Positions 12,020 to 25,475 of a stretch of 52,144 nucleotides of DNA are shown here, one piece after another. The DNA is from Octopus sinensis. Its lineage: Eukaryota. Each line of letters begins with the position of its first letter. Positions within the stretch are counted from its first letter, which is position 1. The DNA is taken from NCBI RefSeq assembly GCF_006345805.1, contig NW_021833996.1:1-52144 (forward strand), in the 5' to 3' direction. The notes below the pieces were generated by a model, which saw only the letters and a list, made by a program, of their open reading frames with translations, did not search any database and was not told where the DNA came from. Position numbers and translations under genes: made by a program.

Positions 12020-12560
12020 ATGGGATAGAAACAGTGGACCACCTAATCTCTGGATGTAAGGTTTTAGCACCTGTAGAGTATAAATCAAGACATGACAGAG
12101 TTGGCCAATATCTATACTGGATAATTTGTCGGCATTATAAAATCAAAACTGCTGGCAAATGGTACAAGCACCACTCCGAGGCTGTAACTGAGGGAGAAAA
12201 TGTAACTATTGTTTGGGACTTTCCAGTATGTACACACCAGACCATCAAAGCAAATAAACCAGATATTGTTGTGAAAGACCAAAAACAATAAAGTCTGTTT
12301 ACTGATTGACATGAGCATACCCTGTGACCATAATATCTCGGCAAAAGAATTTGATAAGCTCAGAAAATATAAAGATTTGCTAATCGAAATCAAAACGATG
12401 TGACATCTCAAGACGGTTACAATTCCAGTTATTGTAGAAGCACCTCGAATAATCAAAAAATGGAACTGAAAATTATTTAAGAATGATCCCTGGCAGGAAT
12501 TGCAAAATATTGTCTTAACAGGTACGACACACGTATTGAGAAGAGCATTGTCGCTGTGAA
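12020..12560 (+). mobile_element. RLE LINE fragment (CCHC knuckle plus endonuclease)
   Basis: ETVDHLISGCKVLAPVEYKSRHDRVGQYLYW...WDFPV.T..TIKANKPDIVV...LLIDMSIPCD; contains stops. Confidence 0.9.
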
Positions 12561-12652
12561 TTTTCTTTCCTTTTTCCCTTTTATTTTCTTTGTTTAATTT
12601 TTTTTCTCTCTCTGTCTTCCACTTTTTCTCTATCACATGACTTTATAAATTA

Positions 12653-13170
12653 ATGCAGTACCAGGCAGTGGCTGTCATGGCTTCTGATCTTAACTGATTG
12701 GAAGTGTCATCATGTACATTGTTTTGTCTTGGTATAAAAGATGGGCTACAGCAAATAATCTGCTCAATACCATAGATTTGCTTGTCAGTTGCTCGATCTT
12801 AACCAGTTGAGCATGTCCCTTAGTGACTAACGATATGTGCATCTCTGATCACGAGCAGAAGTAGTGGGGGAGCATCATAGCCATGTGTTGAGAGGGATTC
12901 TTTGGGGTTTGAATAATTCACCTCTGGAAACATGGGTATTTCGTTCAACATCCTTAAACAACCCTTATTCAGGGACCTTTTGAGCGGGATGGGTTACTCG
13001 ACTAGAAGAAAATTCTAAATGGACCCCACCTGCAAGGTGTTTATGTTGATATGAGATCACATGACGCGCGCATATGGTTGTGATGCATGTGCCTAGTGTA
13101 CCCTTATCAGACAGGTAGTCATGATGGGTGTATTGGGCTTACTTTGATGGCATGCACTGCTCTCTAACTC

Positions 13171-13172
<2 letters not shown>
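12653..13172. mobile_element. ~520-bp non-coding interspersed repeat next to (TAA)n (copy 2)
   Basis: Homologous to 4372-4930. Confidence 0.75.
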
Positions 13173-13207
<35 letters not shown>

Positions 13208-13257
13208 TAATAATAATAATAATATAATAATAATATAATAATAATAATAATAATATG

Positions 13258-13945
13258 ATTGAACAGTGGACCACCTAATCTGGTGATGTAAGTCTTAGCA
13301 CCAGTGGAGTATAAATTAAGAACATGACAGAGTGGCCAATATCTCCACTGGCTAATAAGTCGGCATTACAATATCAAAACTGCCGACCAGTGGTATAATC
13401 ACCACCCTGAGGCTGTAACTGAAGGAGAAAATGTAACCATTCTGTGGGACTTTCCAGTACATACAGACCGAACATCAAGGCCAATAAACCAGATATTGTT
13501 GTGAAACACCAAAACAATTAAAGTTTGCTTATTGTCGACATGAGCATCCCCTGTGATCATAATATCTCAGCGAAAGAGTTGACAAGCTCAGAAAATATAA
13601 AGACCTACTCATTGAAATTGAGAAAATGTGGCATCTCAAGGCGGTTACAATACAGTGATCGGAGGAGCACTAGGAATGATCAAGAAGTGCAAAAGATTGT
13701 CTTAACTGGTACACCACGTATTGAGAAGAGCATTGTCGATGTGAGAACTGTTGCTGCTCATATTTTAATTTAACTTTAAAAAAAAAAATGAAAAAAAAAA
13801 AGAAAATGAACGAACTACTGAGTTTGGTTTAATGGCCTACCAATGTATACTATGAGTTTCTTTGCCTTAGGAGTCGGGAAGACACTCGGCAAGAAATGGA
13901 AGCAAATTTGAAAGAAGAAAAAAAAAGTAATAATAATAATAATAA
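13258..13945 (+). mobile_element. RLE LINE 3' end with UTR and (TAA)n tail
   Basis: Same family as 12020-12560 (TVDHLI, WDFPVHTDR, LIVDMSIPCDHNISAKE); ends in TAATAATAAT. Confidence 0.85.
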
Positions 13946-14489
13946 GGGGCTAAATAACAACTTGGGCGTACACTAAGAAGCTCTCTCCACAAAACAAACT
14001 TATTATAAGATTGATGGGAAGGAAAACTTCGCGATACAACTGTGGGAAAAGTTCAGTTAAAGCAAAGGAACTAAGAAATCGGTAAGACTTTTGCTAAATA
14101 CACTGTAATTTCTTTCTTAAATGCGCGATATTTCAAAACCTGAGAACCTGGAAAAACACACCAAACACACCAATTACACAGTATGTAAACTGAATAATTA
14201 TCTGTCCATGCAACTGTCCATACATCTATGTGTGCATGTTAATATTTACAAGCAACATGAATAATGCCTACACGACACACGCGTACACACACAGAAAATA
14301 AAAGAAAAACACGTCGAGCGACGCCGAACCAAACAAAAACACAGCGACTTTCCGCAAACGAATATAAACAGGAGCAAATTAGTCGCTCAGTTTAAAACAT
14401 CACTAAACAGTTACGCCCAGAAGCATAGCTACCAAAAAAAAATAGAGACGATTTTTGATTTATCAGCCTACCATACAACAAATATATCC

Positions 14490-16312
14490 ATTCGAAGAAG
14501 AAGAAAACAGTGTCTTGCCAAAAAGTTAACCCTGAACAAACAGACTCGTCTCCTATTGTCATTGTCAATGCTTTAATGACAGGCCAAAACTCATGCCAGA
14601 TCGTTCATCGCCCAGGACAAGGATCACTTTACCCATTGGGGAACCAGACTGAGATCGAAAAGTCTGCTGCTGGAACAAACTCTCAAAAAACGAACTACCA
14701 AGTAACCAGAACCTAACCCTAGACCTGTAGTGACACCATCAAAAACACCAGTTAAGCAAAACGTATAAATCGGACTAGGGAGCATCATAGAGATGTGTTG
14801 GAAGCTTTCTATACAGCCCAACGAAACCCAAACAATAACCTCATCGTACAAGCATGCACTTCATTGAGAAACTTAGTAGGCAACGAAGTACGCAGATATA
14901 TACATGCAAATATATCAAGTAATGTACGTAGAGACATCATTAAGAATAAAAAGTCCACTGGCGCTGAAATTAGCCAAAGGAGCCACCTAAGACTAAGGAA
15001 ATGGAAGAGTTCTGGAAGGAGGTATGGAGCAACAAAAAAGAATATAATGCTGAAGCTGACTGGATAGAACATGAGAAAGTGAGACGAGATGAAGTTGAAG
15101 AGCAGAAATGGGAAGCAATAGGAGTAGAAGAACTAAGATGTGTTCTTAGAAAGTCTCACAAATGGAGAACCTCAGGAATGGACTGGATCCCTTGACTTCT
15201 GGTTGAATTGTTTGACAGAAGTACACCAACATTTTGCTGCATCTCTAACTGATATCATTCGGAACCCAGAGCAAATACCTGCCTAGCTGACCGTAGGAAC
15301 AACATACCTTCTACCAAAAACTGAAGACACGGAAAATTCGAAGAACTACCGACCAATAGCATGTCTCAACACCACCTACAAGATACTCACATCGATACTA
15401 ACTGAAAGAATAGACACTTCCATTCAACACAACTCTATCATTCCACAAGCTCAAAAAAGCTGTAAAAGGAATTCTTATGGATGCAAAGACCAATAACTCA
15501 TGGATAAAAGGATTGTAGAGAATTGACGGAACAAAAAGAACCTGTGTTGGCATAGATAGATTACAAGAAAGCGTTTGATAGTGTCTCGCGTATTTGGCTG
15601 CTCAAGGTCTCTCCTGTCGTCTCCAAATTCTTACAAGGTAGCATGGTCAAGTGCAATACACGTCTCCTTCCTACACAATAGTAATGGGATGAGCCAATCT
15701 AACAACATCAACATCAAAACGAGGCGTCCTCCAAGGTGACTCCCTCTCTCCATTACTCTTTTACATGGCACTGATCCCACTCTCAAACGAATTGAGTAAC
15801 ACCAGGTATGCGTTCAAAGTGTATAACATTATAGTAAACCATCAGTTTTATGTGGACGATCTGAATCTGTTTGTTAGAAATGACGAAGAGCTAGTAGGGC
15901 TGCAAAAAAGAATTAGTAGAAACAAATTGAGGAGCAGTGGAGCCAGAAGCCTTTACATTGACAGTATATACTTCAAAGCATAAATGCTGATGTAGACCAA
16001 ACAACAACCCATCAGTGGCTGAGCTTAGGACCGAAAGCAGAGACTGAAGGTTTCATATTAGCTGCACAAGATCAAAGCTTGCTTACCAAAAACTACCAGG
16101 CTAGCGTTCTGCAAAACGGTTCTGACCCTAAATGCAGACTCTACGATGGATTTGATGAAACAATAGACCATCTTGTCTCGGGATGTCTTGTGCTGACACC
16201 AAATGATTTGGAAAATATGTAAACACCACAAAATCAGCACTCCTGCGTACTGATATGAACATCATCCTGAGCCAGTCGTTGAAGGTAAAAATATAACTAT
16301 CCTCTGGAAGTA
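14490..16312 (+). mobile_element. Degraded R4/Dong-type non-LTR retrotransposon: RT domain, internal deletion, CCHC region
   Basis: Frameshifted motifs EEFWKEVWS, TYLLPK, NYRPIACLNTTYKILT, IDYKKAFDSV, QGDSLSPLLF, HQFYVDDL, ETEGFILAAQDQSL, ETIDHLVSGC. Confidence 0.9.
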
Positions 16313-16509
16313 GCGTCATCAATAGATAGGATACACGCCTACTAATACCATAAACTAATTGTTTAATTATTGACAGTGGATGGTTAGAGCCTCTATCAAC
16401 GTAAAAGGCGTGTTCATCTGGTTTATTGTAGGGTTTAAATTTGCCTGTGTTAAGATTAATATGAATATCTAGGTTAGTGTTAGTTTAAAGTTAGTGTTAA
16501 TTATTGTTT

Positions 16510-16900
16510 TCGACTAAATATGTTTCGTAATCTTTTCCTCGTCTTACCCATTTTTTCCATTTTTAAGGCACTACTCCTACACTGTTGTCTTTGTATTATC
16601 CAATACTGGCTTCTATTATTTCGTCTTAAGGACATGTAGACTGTAAAGGGCAACTCTGTTCCATCATAGCTCCCAGTAGCGATATGAAATAGCTTATCCA
16701 TATTCTTTTTCATCCAGTAGGAATTATCAAGAAAAACCAATGACTTCCTAACGTTTATCTGTTTTTATAAATGTGTTGGGAAATTTCTTAAAAGATCAAT
16801 AAAAAATATTTGTAACTTGTGGTTGGAACTATTAGATCTATGGTTGAATTTAGCATGTTTAACTAAATTTATGAGATCATCTTCAGATCTACCTAGATCT
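16510..16900 (-). mobile_element. Penelope-like element reverse transcriptase fragment (pseudogenized)
   Basis: INVRKSLVFLDNSYWMKKNMDKLFHIATGSYDGTEL...SIG*YKDN resembles PLE RT RKSLLF..W.KK...FDVTMGSYDGAE...GLYRDD. Confidence 0.65.
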
Positions 16901-16988
16901 TTAAAATATGGGGGATATGTGTGTGTGGTCATGTGTGAGTGTGCGCGTATGTATGTGTGTGTGTGTATGTGCATATGTATCCTTTATT

Positions 16989-17125
16989 TTTTACTTGTTT
17001 TAATCTTTAGACTGTGGCCATGGTGGGGCAGCGCCTTGGAGACTTTTAGTCAAATAAATGGATCCCAGTACTCATTATTTTCTTTAAGCATTGTATTTAT
17101 TTAATAGCTTTTCTTGTCGAACCAC

Positions 17126-17178
<53 letters not shown>

Positions 17179-17337
17179 GACACGCTTCTTTCAGTTTCCG
17201 TCTACCAAATCCTCATTCACGAGGCTTTGGTCAACCCGAGACTATAAAAGAAGACACTCGCCCAAGGTGTCATACAGTGGGATTGAACTCGGAAGCATGT
17301 GGTTGGAAAGCAAACTTCTTATCACACTACCAGACCA
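16989..17337 (-). mobile_element. SINE family A, diverged copy
   Basis: CTTCTTTCAGTTTCCGTCTACCAAAT...GAAGACACT..CCAAGGTG matches other A copies. Confidence 0.8.
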
Positions 17338-17639
17338 ACGTACTGATTCTCTTTTACACTCACTTGTAAACCCAAACGTGCGTGTATCTGTGTGTGAGAG
17401 AGAGAGAGAGGAGAGAGAGAGAGAATGTGTGTTATTTATTGAAAAATTGGTGCTAAAAACTAAATAAATCCTGAATATAATTCACAAGTATTAAAATGAG
17501 TTATATAAATGTAACACAATCGCACTTTCCCTTTCGTATAAAACCCGATAGTTTATGTAATTGTAAGAAATCATATTTTCCCAAGATGAATTATATATAT
17601 GTCGTCACCAAAAGGGGAGGACAATATAATATAATGTCA

Positions 17640-17649
17640 TATATGTGTG

Positions 17650-17728
<79 letters not shown>

Positions 17729-17762
17729 GTCTTATATTCTATTATGTGTATATATATATGTA

Positions 17763-17821
<59 letters not shown>

Positions 17822-17838
17822 CATACATACATACATAC

Positions 17839-17870
<32 letters not shown>

Positions 17871-17949
17871 TTATATATTATATATATATATATCTATATA
17901 TCTATATATATATTTATATATTTATATATATATATATATTTATATATAT

Positions 17950-17988
<39 letters not shown>

Positions 17989-17996
17989 ATATATAT

Positions 17997-18045
<49 letters not shown>
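17640..18045. repeat. (TA)n microsatellite
   Basis: Direct reading. Confidence 0.95.
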
Positions 18046-18673
18046 GTTATTCAACCTAACTAAAAAAAAAAACAGGGAACAAGAAAAAGAATAAAGTTAG
18101 TGAAAAGTTGAAGTAACGGGCTTCCTCGGGGATTCGAGACTCTAACTTTAAGTAACTTTGTAATTCCATTTTTTTTTTTGGCTCAATTTGCTGATATCAT
18201 CCTAGAACTGACCAATAGAATTTTGCTTATAGTCAAAACAGAACTGTCCGGGGAAAAAAGAAGAAAAAAAAACGATGCTATTAAACATTCAGCCGACCGT
18301 GAAATCAGAAAAACCAATGACATTTTAAGGAAATGGTCAGCTGGAACGCTGGACAGTGGTCAAACAAACTCATTAAAAGTAAGTTAATTATCTACGGTAG
18401 CCTCCCGGTTAAGTATGCACCCATTTAAGTATGCATCCCAGATAAGTACGAACAAAACCTTCAAGAACCACAGGTTCAAGTTTATCAACGATTTATTCTA
18501 CGGCAACATTGACGAACATCTAAATAACTAGATTACCCGTGACCCGTTGAGCCACCGGGAAACTCTGAGTTTCACAGCACGGGGTTTTGTTTTGTGAGTC
18601 TTTCTTTTTTTTTACTTTTCAAAGTTATTTTGCATGTTTTCAACTAATGTGAGATCGAAGTCACACGTAAAGG

Positions 18674-18792
18674 AAAAATTTGGCTGCTATTTTTTGCACG
18701 CCCTGCTACCACTTAACAGGTATTTCGGGTCCCTTATCGCAAATAGCTGCTACGTGATAGCAGGGCGTGCTAGAAATAGCAGCCAAATTTTT
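18674..18792. repeat. 39-bp inverted repeat with 41-bp spacer
   Basis: AAAAATTTGGCTGCTATTTTTTGCACGCCCTGCTACCAC versus GTGATAGCAGGGCGTGCTAGAAATAGCAGCCAAATTTTT (3 mismatches). Confidence 0.85.
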
Positions 18793-19419
18793 GAGGTAAG
18801 ATACGTTGAATGCACTCAAAAAAAAACTATGGAAAAAAAGCTATTTCACACCGAGATTACGAATATTTTACGAAATATTTACCGTATTTTTAAAGTCATT
18901 TTCATATTAAATTATTTTTTAGATATGCCAAAAAAATTTTTGTAATGGTATTCACTTTAAATATTATCTGTTTAACAAAAGCTAAAATATGAATACTTAC
19001 TGTACAAACAGCTTACATTTTTGAAATCACATTCACTTAAAGATATTTCTAAATTATTAAAATAGTGTGTTTAACAAAAGTGAAAATAGAAAAATTTACT
19101 GTAAAAAACAACTCGTATTTTTTTCGTGGTCAAGTCACTTCTCTTTCAGAATTAAGGTTGGTTTCGGAATATTGTCCCATTATGCACTGCTTTGAGCATT
19201 TATACTCCGAAAACCTCTTATATCTTTAAAAGCGATTTACGCGAAACTTGTTTTATTCTGTTCGTATTAACAATCCAGGGTAAACTTAATTCATATTTTC
19301 CCATTATGCGCCAGTTTGGCTGGGTAACATTGCAAGCAAGCAAGCAAAATTCAAGCTGACTTTTAATGTTTTATAGATAAACGGCTCAAGGTATGTGATA
19401 TCTTGTGAAGTTTATAGTT

Positions 19420-20130
19420 CAAACATGCCATGCAAAGTCATCTGACTCAGATTTTATGTTTGTTTGTTTTTTTGCGTCTTGGCTTCCTCTGAAAGCAATC
19501 AAAGTACTTTTTAGGTCATTGTAACCATCTCCTGCTGCAGCTTGTGAATTTTCAAATAGCAATTGATCTTCGGTGTTGAGCACGATGTTGTGCAGTTTGT
19601 TGAAGCCGTTAAAATTGACATTCTTGACTGGTACAGTAGCATCGCCATGATCACTTTCGTCATCAGCGTCCTCAGTTACTTCTTCAGTTCGCAATCTTTT
19701 CATCAACTCCTCAACATCCCCCAAAATCGCTTGTGCATATTCCGTTTGTGCATATCTTTGATGTTATCTCGTTCAAAAGCTTCAAAATAACCTGGTGCAG
19801 TATCCATCAACAAGAGAAAGCGGCGTCCCGTTTTCTTTTTCACTTCGGGATAAAATACTTCGAGGAACCATTTACAACACGTTTTGACATCCATCCACGC
19901 TTTTCTCTTTATATTTTCCGACTAATATGCAAAGAACTTTGTGCGATCCTGTGGCATTTGCACAAGCAAGGAGAGATTCGTTCTTTAGCTTTCTTCTTTC
20001 CTCAGGTTGTGCTGACCTCTTCGTATGGCATAAGCAGAGTATATCTGCGCAGCAACCGAAAAAATATCGCTGTTTCATTCACGTTATAAACATTTTCAGC
20101 ATCATACTATTCAATTACGCCATATCAATC
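19420..20130 (-). mobile_element. pogo/Tigger-type DDE transposase remnant
   Basis: LLACANATGSHK, MDVKTCCKWFLEVFYPEVKKKTGRRFLLLMDTAPG (cf. LLLDNAPGH), acidic C-terminus; frameshifted. Confidence 0.8.
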
Positions 20131-20339
20131 GTTCAATGCAGCCAATAGCTCCGGATCTTCTTTGTTCATTTCAATGCAATCTATAGGCGAAATAATAAAA
20201 CTATGGAAGACATTTCTCAGGTTTAAAATGTATTGTTTTCGTTATCTACATTTCAAAGAGGGAGCTCTGTACGTTTGTTAGAAACCAGCTTCTTCCTCAG
20301 AGGAATAATTCAAAGGATTAAAAACAGAAGAGCCCTACA

Positions 20340-20695
20340 AACATACATACATACATACATACATACATGCATGCATGCATGCATACATACATTCATACAT
20401 ACATACATACATACATACATACATACATACATACATACATACATGCATGCATGCATACATGCATACATACATTCATACATACATACATACATACATACAT
20501 ACATACATACATACATTCATACATACATACATACATACATACACACACACACATACATACATACATACATACATACATACATGCATGCATACATACATAC
20601 ATACATACATGCATACATACATACATACATATATACATACATACATACATACACACATACATACATACATACATACATGCATACATACATACATT

Positions 20696-20727
<32 letters not shown>

Positions 20728-21149
20728 CATACATACATACATACATACATACATTCATATATACATACATACATATATACATACATATATACATACATAC
20801 ATACATACATACATACATACATACATGCATGCATGCATACATACATACATACATACATACATACATACATGCATGCATGCATACATACATACATACATAC
20901 ATACATACATACATTCATACATACATACATACATATATACATACATATATACATACATACATACATACATACATACATACATACATACATACATGCATGC
21001 ATGCATACATACATACATACATACATACATACATACATACATTCATACATACATACATACATATATACATACATATATACATACATACATATATACATAC
21101 ATACATACATACATACATACATACATGCATGCATACATACATACATACA

Positions 21150-21183
<34 letters not shown>

Positions 21184-21245
21184 CATACATACATACATAC
21201 ACACATACATACATACATACATACATGCATACATACATACATTCA

Positions 21246-21279
<34 letters not shown>

Positions 21280-21468
21280 CATACATACATACATACATTC
21301 ATACATACATACATACATATATACATATATACATACATACATACATACATACATTCATACATACATACATACATATATACATACATACATACATACATAC
21401 ATACATACATACATACATACATACATGCATGCATGCATGCATACATACATACATTCATACATACATAT
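20340..21468. repeat. 1.1-kb (CATA)n microsatellite with CATG/CATT/TATA variant units
   Basis: Direct reading. Confidence 0.97.
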
Positions 21469-21894
21469 TAACTTAGATTATAAACGTTCTCTAGTGTTTA
21501 TGCACGTATCTAAGTTTTAAGCAAGGCTGGAGTCAAAGCATGACAACGCTGTTCTTATGTATTTATGTTTCAAGATATTGAGACAGAAAGAACTATTCAA
21601 AGCTATCTTTTGTCTCATGTAATAACGAAAAACAGATAGGCATTTCCTTACTGGTATATTAATTCAAGAGATTGTTGATCTCGTCCCATTATCTCCCCTT
21701 CCTCTTCCTCTTCTTATTTGGGGTCAGTTGCGATTGAAGCTAAGTGTTTCCTTTCATTCTCTCGAAGCGAAGATAGTTTCATTATGTCAACAATTTACTG
21801 TTTGGTATTTAGTAATATATATTTATCTTTCTTGGCCCACGTTTACCAAATTCATACCACAGTCCATTCTAAATTACTGCTGTTTGCTCATATA

Positions 21895-21968
<74 letters not shown>

Positions 21969-22041
21969 TGTGCGAATCACATATTCTTTACACATTTACA
22001 CAAATTCGGAAAAAAGAAATATATATGTACGTATGTATGTA

Positions 22042-22342
22042 TCTTCTATTTTTTAAATTATAATAAATCTTCCACTGAGGAGGGGACCGATTTCCAACAA
22101 AGATACAAGGCTTCATCTTTGGGACGTAGTTAACACACAAATTCATAGTTGAAACTTGAAAGAAGTCTTGCATAATTTTACTGTTGCACTCACAGATTGC
22201 ATTTGTAATTCGCGAATTAGCCGGTCAATTTCTCTTTCTGAAAATCCCAGTTTATCCAGATTCTCCTTTAAGCTTTTACTAACAAAACCTAGTGCTCCAG
22301 TATTATTGGCATGAATATGAATTCACAGTCTGGATATAAACT
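22042..22342 (-). mobile_element. RLE LINE 3' end, (CATA)n-associated family
   Basis: LYPDCEFIFMPII.GALGFVSKSLKENLDKLGFSEREIDRLIRELQMQSVSATVKLCKT; homologous to 48267-48631; 3' end abuts (CATA)n. Confidence 0.75.
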
Positions 22343-22409
22343 ATATATATATGTGTGTGTGTATGTGTGTGTGTGTGTGGTGTGTGTGTGTGTGTGTGTT
22401 TGTGTACAT

Positions 22410-22480
<71 letters not shown>

Positions 22481-23092
22481 GCCCTCCGATTCTTCCCCTC
22501 TCTTCCTCCCATCCTCCTCCCCTCTTCCTCCCATCCTCCTTAATCCCTTCTTTCTCCTTTTCTCTTGGTCACTGATTCTGTCCCCTGCCTTCCACCCTCT
22601 TTGATTCCCTCTCTCTCTGTCTCTCTTTCTCTTTCTCTTTCTTTCTCTCTCTCCTGCGACCTGCTGCTTCTTAAACCATTCTGTTGGCCTTCGTATCTCG
22701 ACCAACATGTGTCCCCGCTACCGAAACGGTAATTATTTCTACGCCAGCTATGTTGTTGTTGTTGTTTGTCTCATTTGGTCTAAAGTCGTATGACAACCAC
22801 CGTTATATATATTTTGTTTATTCATTACTGTTTTCAATTTCGTTTTCGTCTCTTGTATTCACATCCGTCTTGTGCGTTCACATTCCTGTCTTCTACCAAG
22901 AAATCTAATGCTTACAGCTTAGTTTTTTTTCTTGGGGCTGGCCGAGTTGGAGCAAATATCAGAATTGAACAGCCGAAATTTGCTATGATGATTCGGTGTC
23001 TGACTGAAGATTGAAGGCTTCGAATGATTTGTCTGTGTTCCGTGTTCGTCCCTTCCTGTATTTCACGTTCATTATATATAAAAACATTCATT

Positions 23093-23136
<44 letters not shown>

Positions 23137-24073
23137 CGTACGTATGCATACAAACTCGTAGCTAACAGGTAGGTATGTATGTGTGCATACCTATACGTAG
23201 GTAAGAGGTATGTATGTATGTATGTATGTATGTATGTAGGTAGGTAGGTAGGTAGGTAGGTAGGTAGATAGGTAGGTATGTAGGTAGGTAGGTAGGTAGG
23301 TAGGTAGGTAGGTAGGTAGGCAGGTAGGTAGGTAGGTAGGTATGTAGGTAGGTAGGTAGGTAGGTAGGAATATGGGAAATATTATTTACTTGCCATGGTA
23401 TACAGTTTTCATATTCAACTACTAGAAATTTAGCTCAGATTATAGCCACACAATAAACAGAGAATTGGGGAATGTCTCAACTCAAGATCTATAAACAGAA
23501 GTAAAATCGACCATGTTGATTGTGAAATTAATTTTAATGATAATTTTACTGAACTAGATGTCGATTATTCCTAGATGTCGATTATTCAAGTAAAAATAAT
23601 TCTGACTCTGATACAGTTAACACCAAGTCTTAATATTAATTATAATAATGATGATAACCCTGCCTTAAAACCTAATTCTGAGAGGACTAGTAAGAATTCT
23701 TTTAATCATGAGTACCGAATACAAGTAAATAAATGCCTGTGGTATTTCAAAAACAAAACTGCCAGTCCTTTAGAAAATCAGTGTTTAAGGGAAATTATAG
23801 TCTATCAATTTAATGTAATAACAGGGGACCATAAATATTATTACATCGGTTCATTGGCAACAAATTTGGAAATCTAGATTTCATAATCATTCTCGTTCAT
23901 TTAAGTTTAGAAGAAAAAGTAATTTTACAAATCTTAATAAATGCATTTGGGATTTGAAAGCAAAGAACATTGAGTACGATTAAAAGTGATCCATTATTAG
24001 TTATGCACCATCGTTCAATACTGGCAATTCTAAATTTGATGTTTTGCTTGAAGAAATATATTAGATGATTACT

Positions 24074-24466
24074 TACTCTTTTACTTGTTTCAGTCATTTG
24101 ACTGCGGCCATGCTGGAGCACCGCCTTTAATCGAGCAACTCGACCCCGGGACTTATTCTTTGTAAGCCCAGTACTTATTCTATCGGTCTCTTTTTGCCGA
24201 ACCGCTAAGTGACGGGGACGTAAACACACCAGCATCGGTTGTCAAGCAATGCTAGGGGGACAAACACAGACACACATACACATACATATATATACATACG
24301 TATATACGACAGGCTTCTTTCAGTTTCCGTCTACCAAATCCACTCACAAGGCATTGGTCGGCCCAGGGCTATAGCAGAAGACACTTGCCCAAGATGCCAC
24401 GCAGTGGGACTGAACCCTGAACCATGTGGTTGGTTGCCACACTTACCACACAGCCACTCCTGCGCC
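24074..24466 (-). mobile_element. SINE family A, full length (tRNA-derived head)
   Basis: Head GGCGCAGGAGTGGCTGTGTGGTAAG...GGTTCAGTCCC (A/B-box like), internal (TG)n, tail GTAAAAGAGTA. Confidence 0.9.
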
Positions 24467-25029
24467 TATATAAATAAAAATTATATTACATTTGAATAGG
24501 AATTTTACAATGAAATGTTACTACAAATTTTGGACGGCATTTAAATATTTCCATTCTTAATTATAATTGTTTTTCATATTTTATATAATAAGCATAATTT
24601 TTCTGAAGAAGTTTACTATATTTAATAAGTAGATAACTAATTGTCGTTACGTAAAATCTCCATGTTTCTAATTTCCGTGGCGTAGAATTCTTATGTTTAT
24701 TTTCTAATTTTTCGTTATCCACTGACGTCGCCAGTAGTTGAATACGAAAATAGCTTTTCTTAAATTGTATTTATTCTTAGCGTTATTTTTGTATGCGTTC
24801 GCGTACAGGAAATACTCCCTTAGTTCACTTTGAATTTAACTAATCTTCGAACGCCTTGAAAATGTTGTATTTTCGGATATATTAATTTCAATGATACTTT
24901 CTATATCTGAATATGTTAAAGAAACAATTATTGGCTTTTGCAAGGTGAATTCTACATTAAAAAATGTTATTTTCTCTATACGTATTTTTGTTTTATAGAC
25001 ACAGGCTTGTGTGTGTGTGTGTGTGTGCG

Positions 25030-25253
25030 TATGCGAGTGGGTGCTGAAAAGTTGCTGGCTTTAAGAGTATCACGAAAGGCATGGCTGGAGGCCCAATCTT
25101 CTGTGTTCTTTTACAGGGCTTAGAAAAACTAAAGGACCGCTGCAATAAGTGTGTGAATCTGAGAGGGGGAATTTGTTGAGTAAAATCAAAATTAACTGAT
25201 CCTCCCATATTTCCTTTACTCGGAGCCAGGATTTTCAGCCCCCCCCCCTTGTA
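25030..25253 (+). mobile_element. Mariner-derived MITE (internal deletion derivative)
   Basis: Degenerate TIRs GGGTGCTGAAAAGTTGCTGGCT / AGCCAGGATTTTCAGCCCCC flanked by TA; inside is the mariner C-terminus GLEKLKDRCNKCVNLRG.FVE*. Confidence 0.7.
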
Positions 25254-25299
25254 TATATGTATATATATGTATCGAAAATATTTACATTATATATATATA

Positions 25300-25339
<40 letters not shown>

Positions 25340-25412
25340 CAGACAGACAGACAGACAGACAGGCAGACAGACAGACAGGCAGACAGACAGACAGGCAGAC
25401 AGACAGACAGAA

Positions 25413-25474
<62 letters not shown>

Positions 25475-25475
25475 G
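25300..25475. repeat. (GA)n-(GACA)n-(GATA)n compound microsatellite
   Basis: Direct reading. Confidence 0.95.

Noticed and set aside
18392-18450. Terminal inverted repeat of the Tigger-like element
   Set aside because: It looks TIR-like with TAAGTA(T/C)G repeats, but no matching opposite end was found
20233-21520. Long ORFs of 370-412 aa (HTYI/MYVC repeats) and similar low-complexity ORFs elsewhere
   Set aside because: Stop-free translations of (CATA)n, (TA)n, (GAA)n and (TAA)n microsatellites; not genes
22995-23045. CTGAAGA..GAAGGCTTC-GAAT..GTC string
   Set aside because: GAAT core and no stem I
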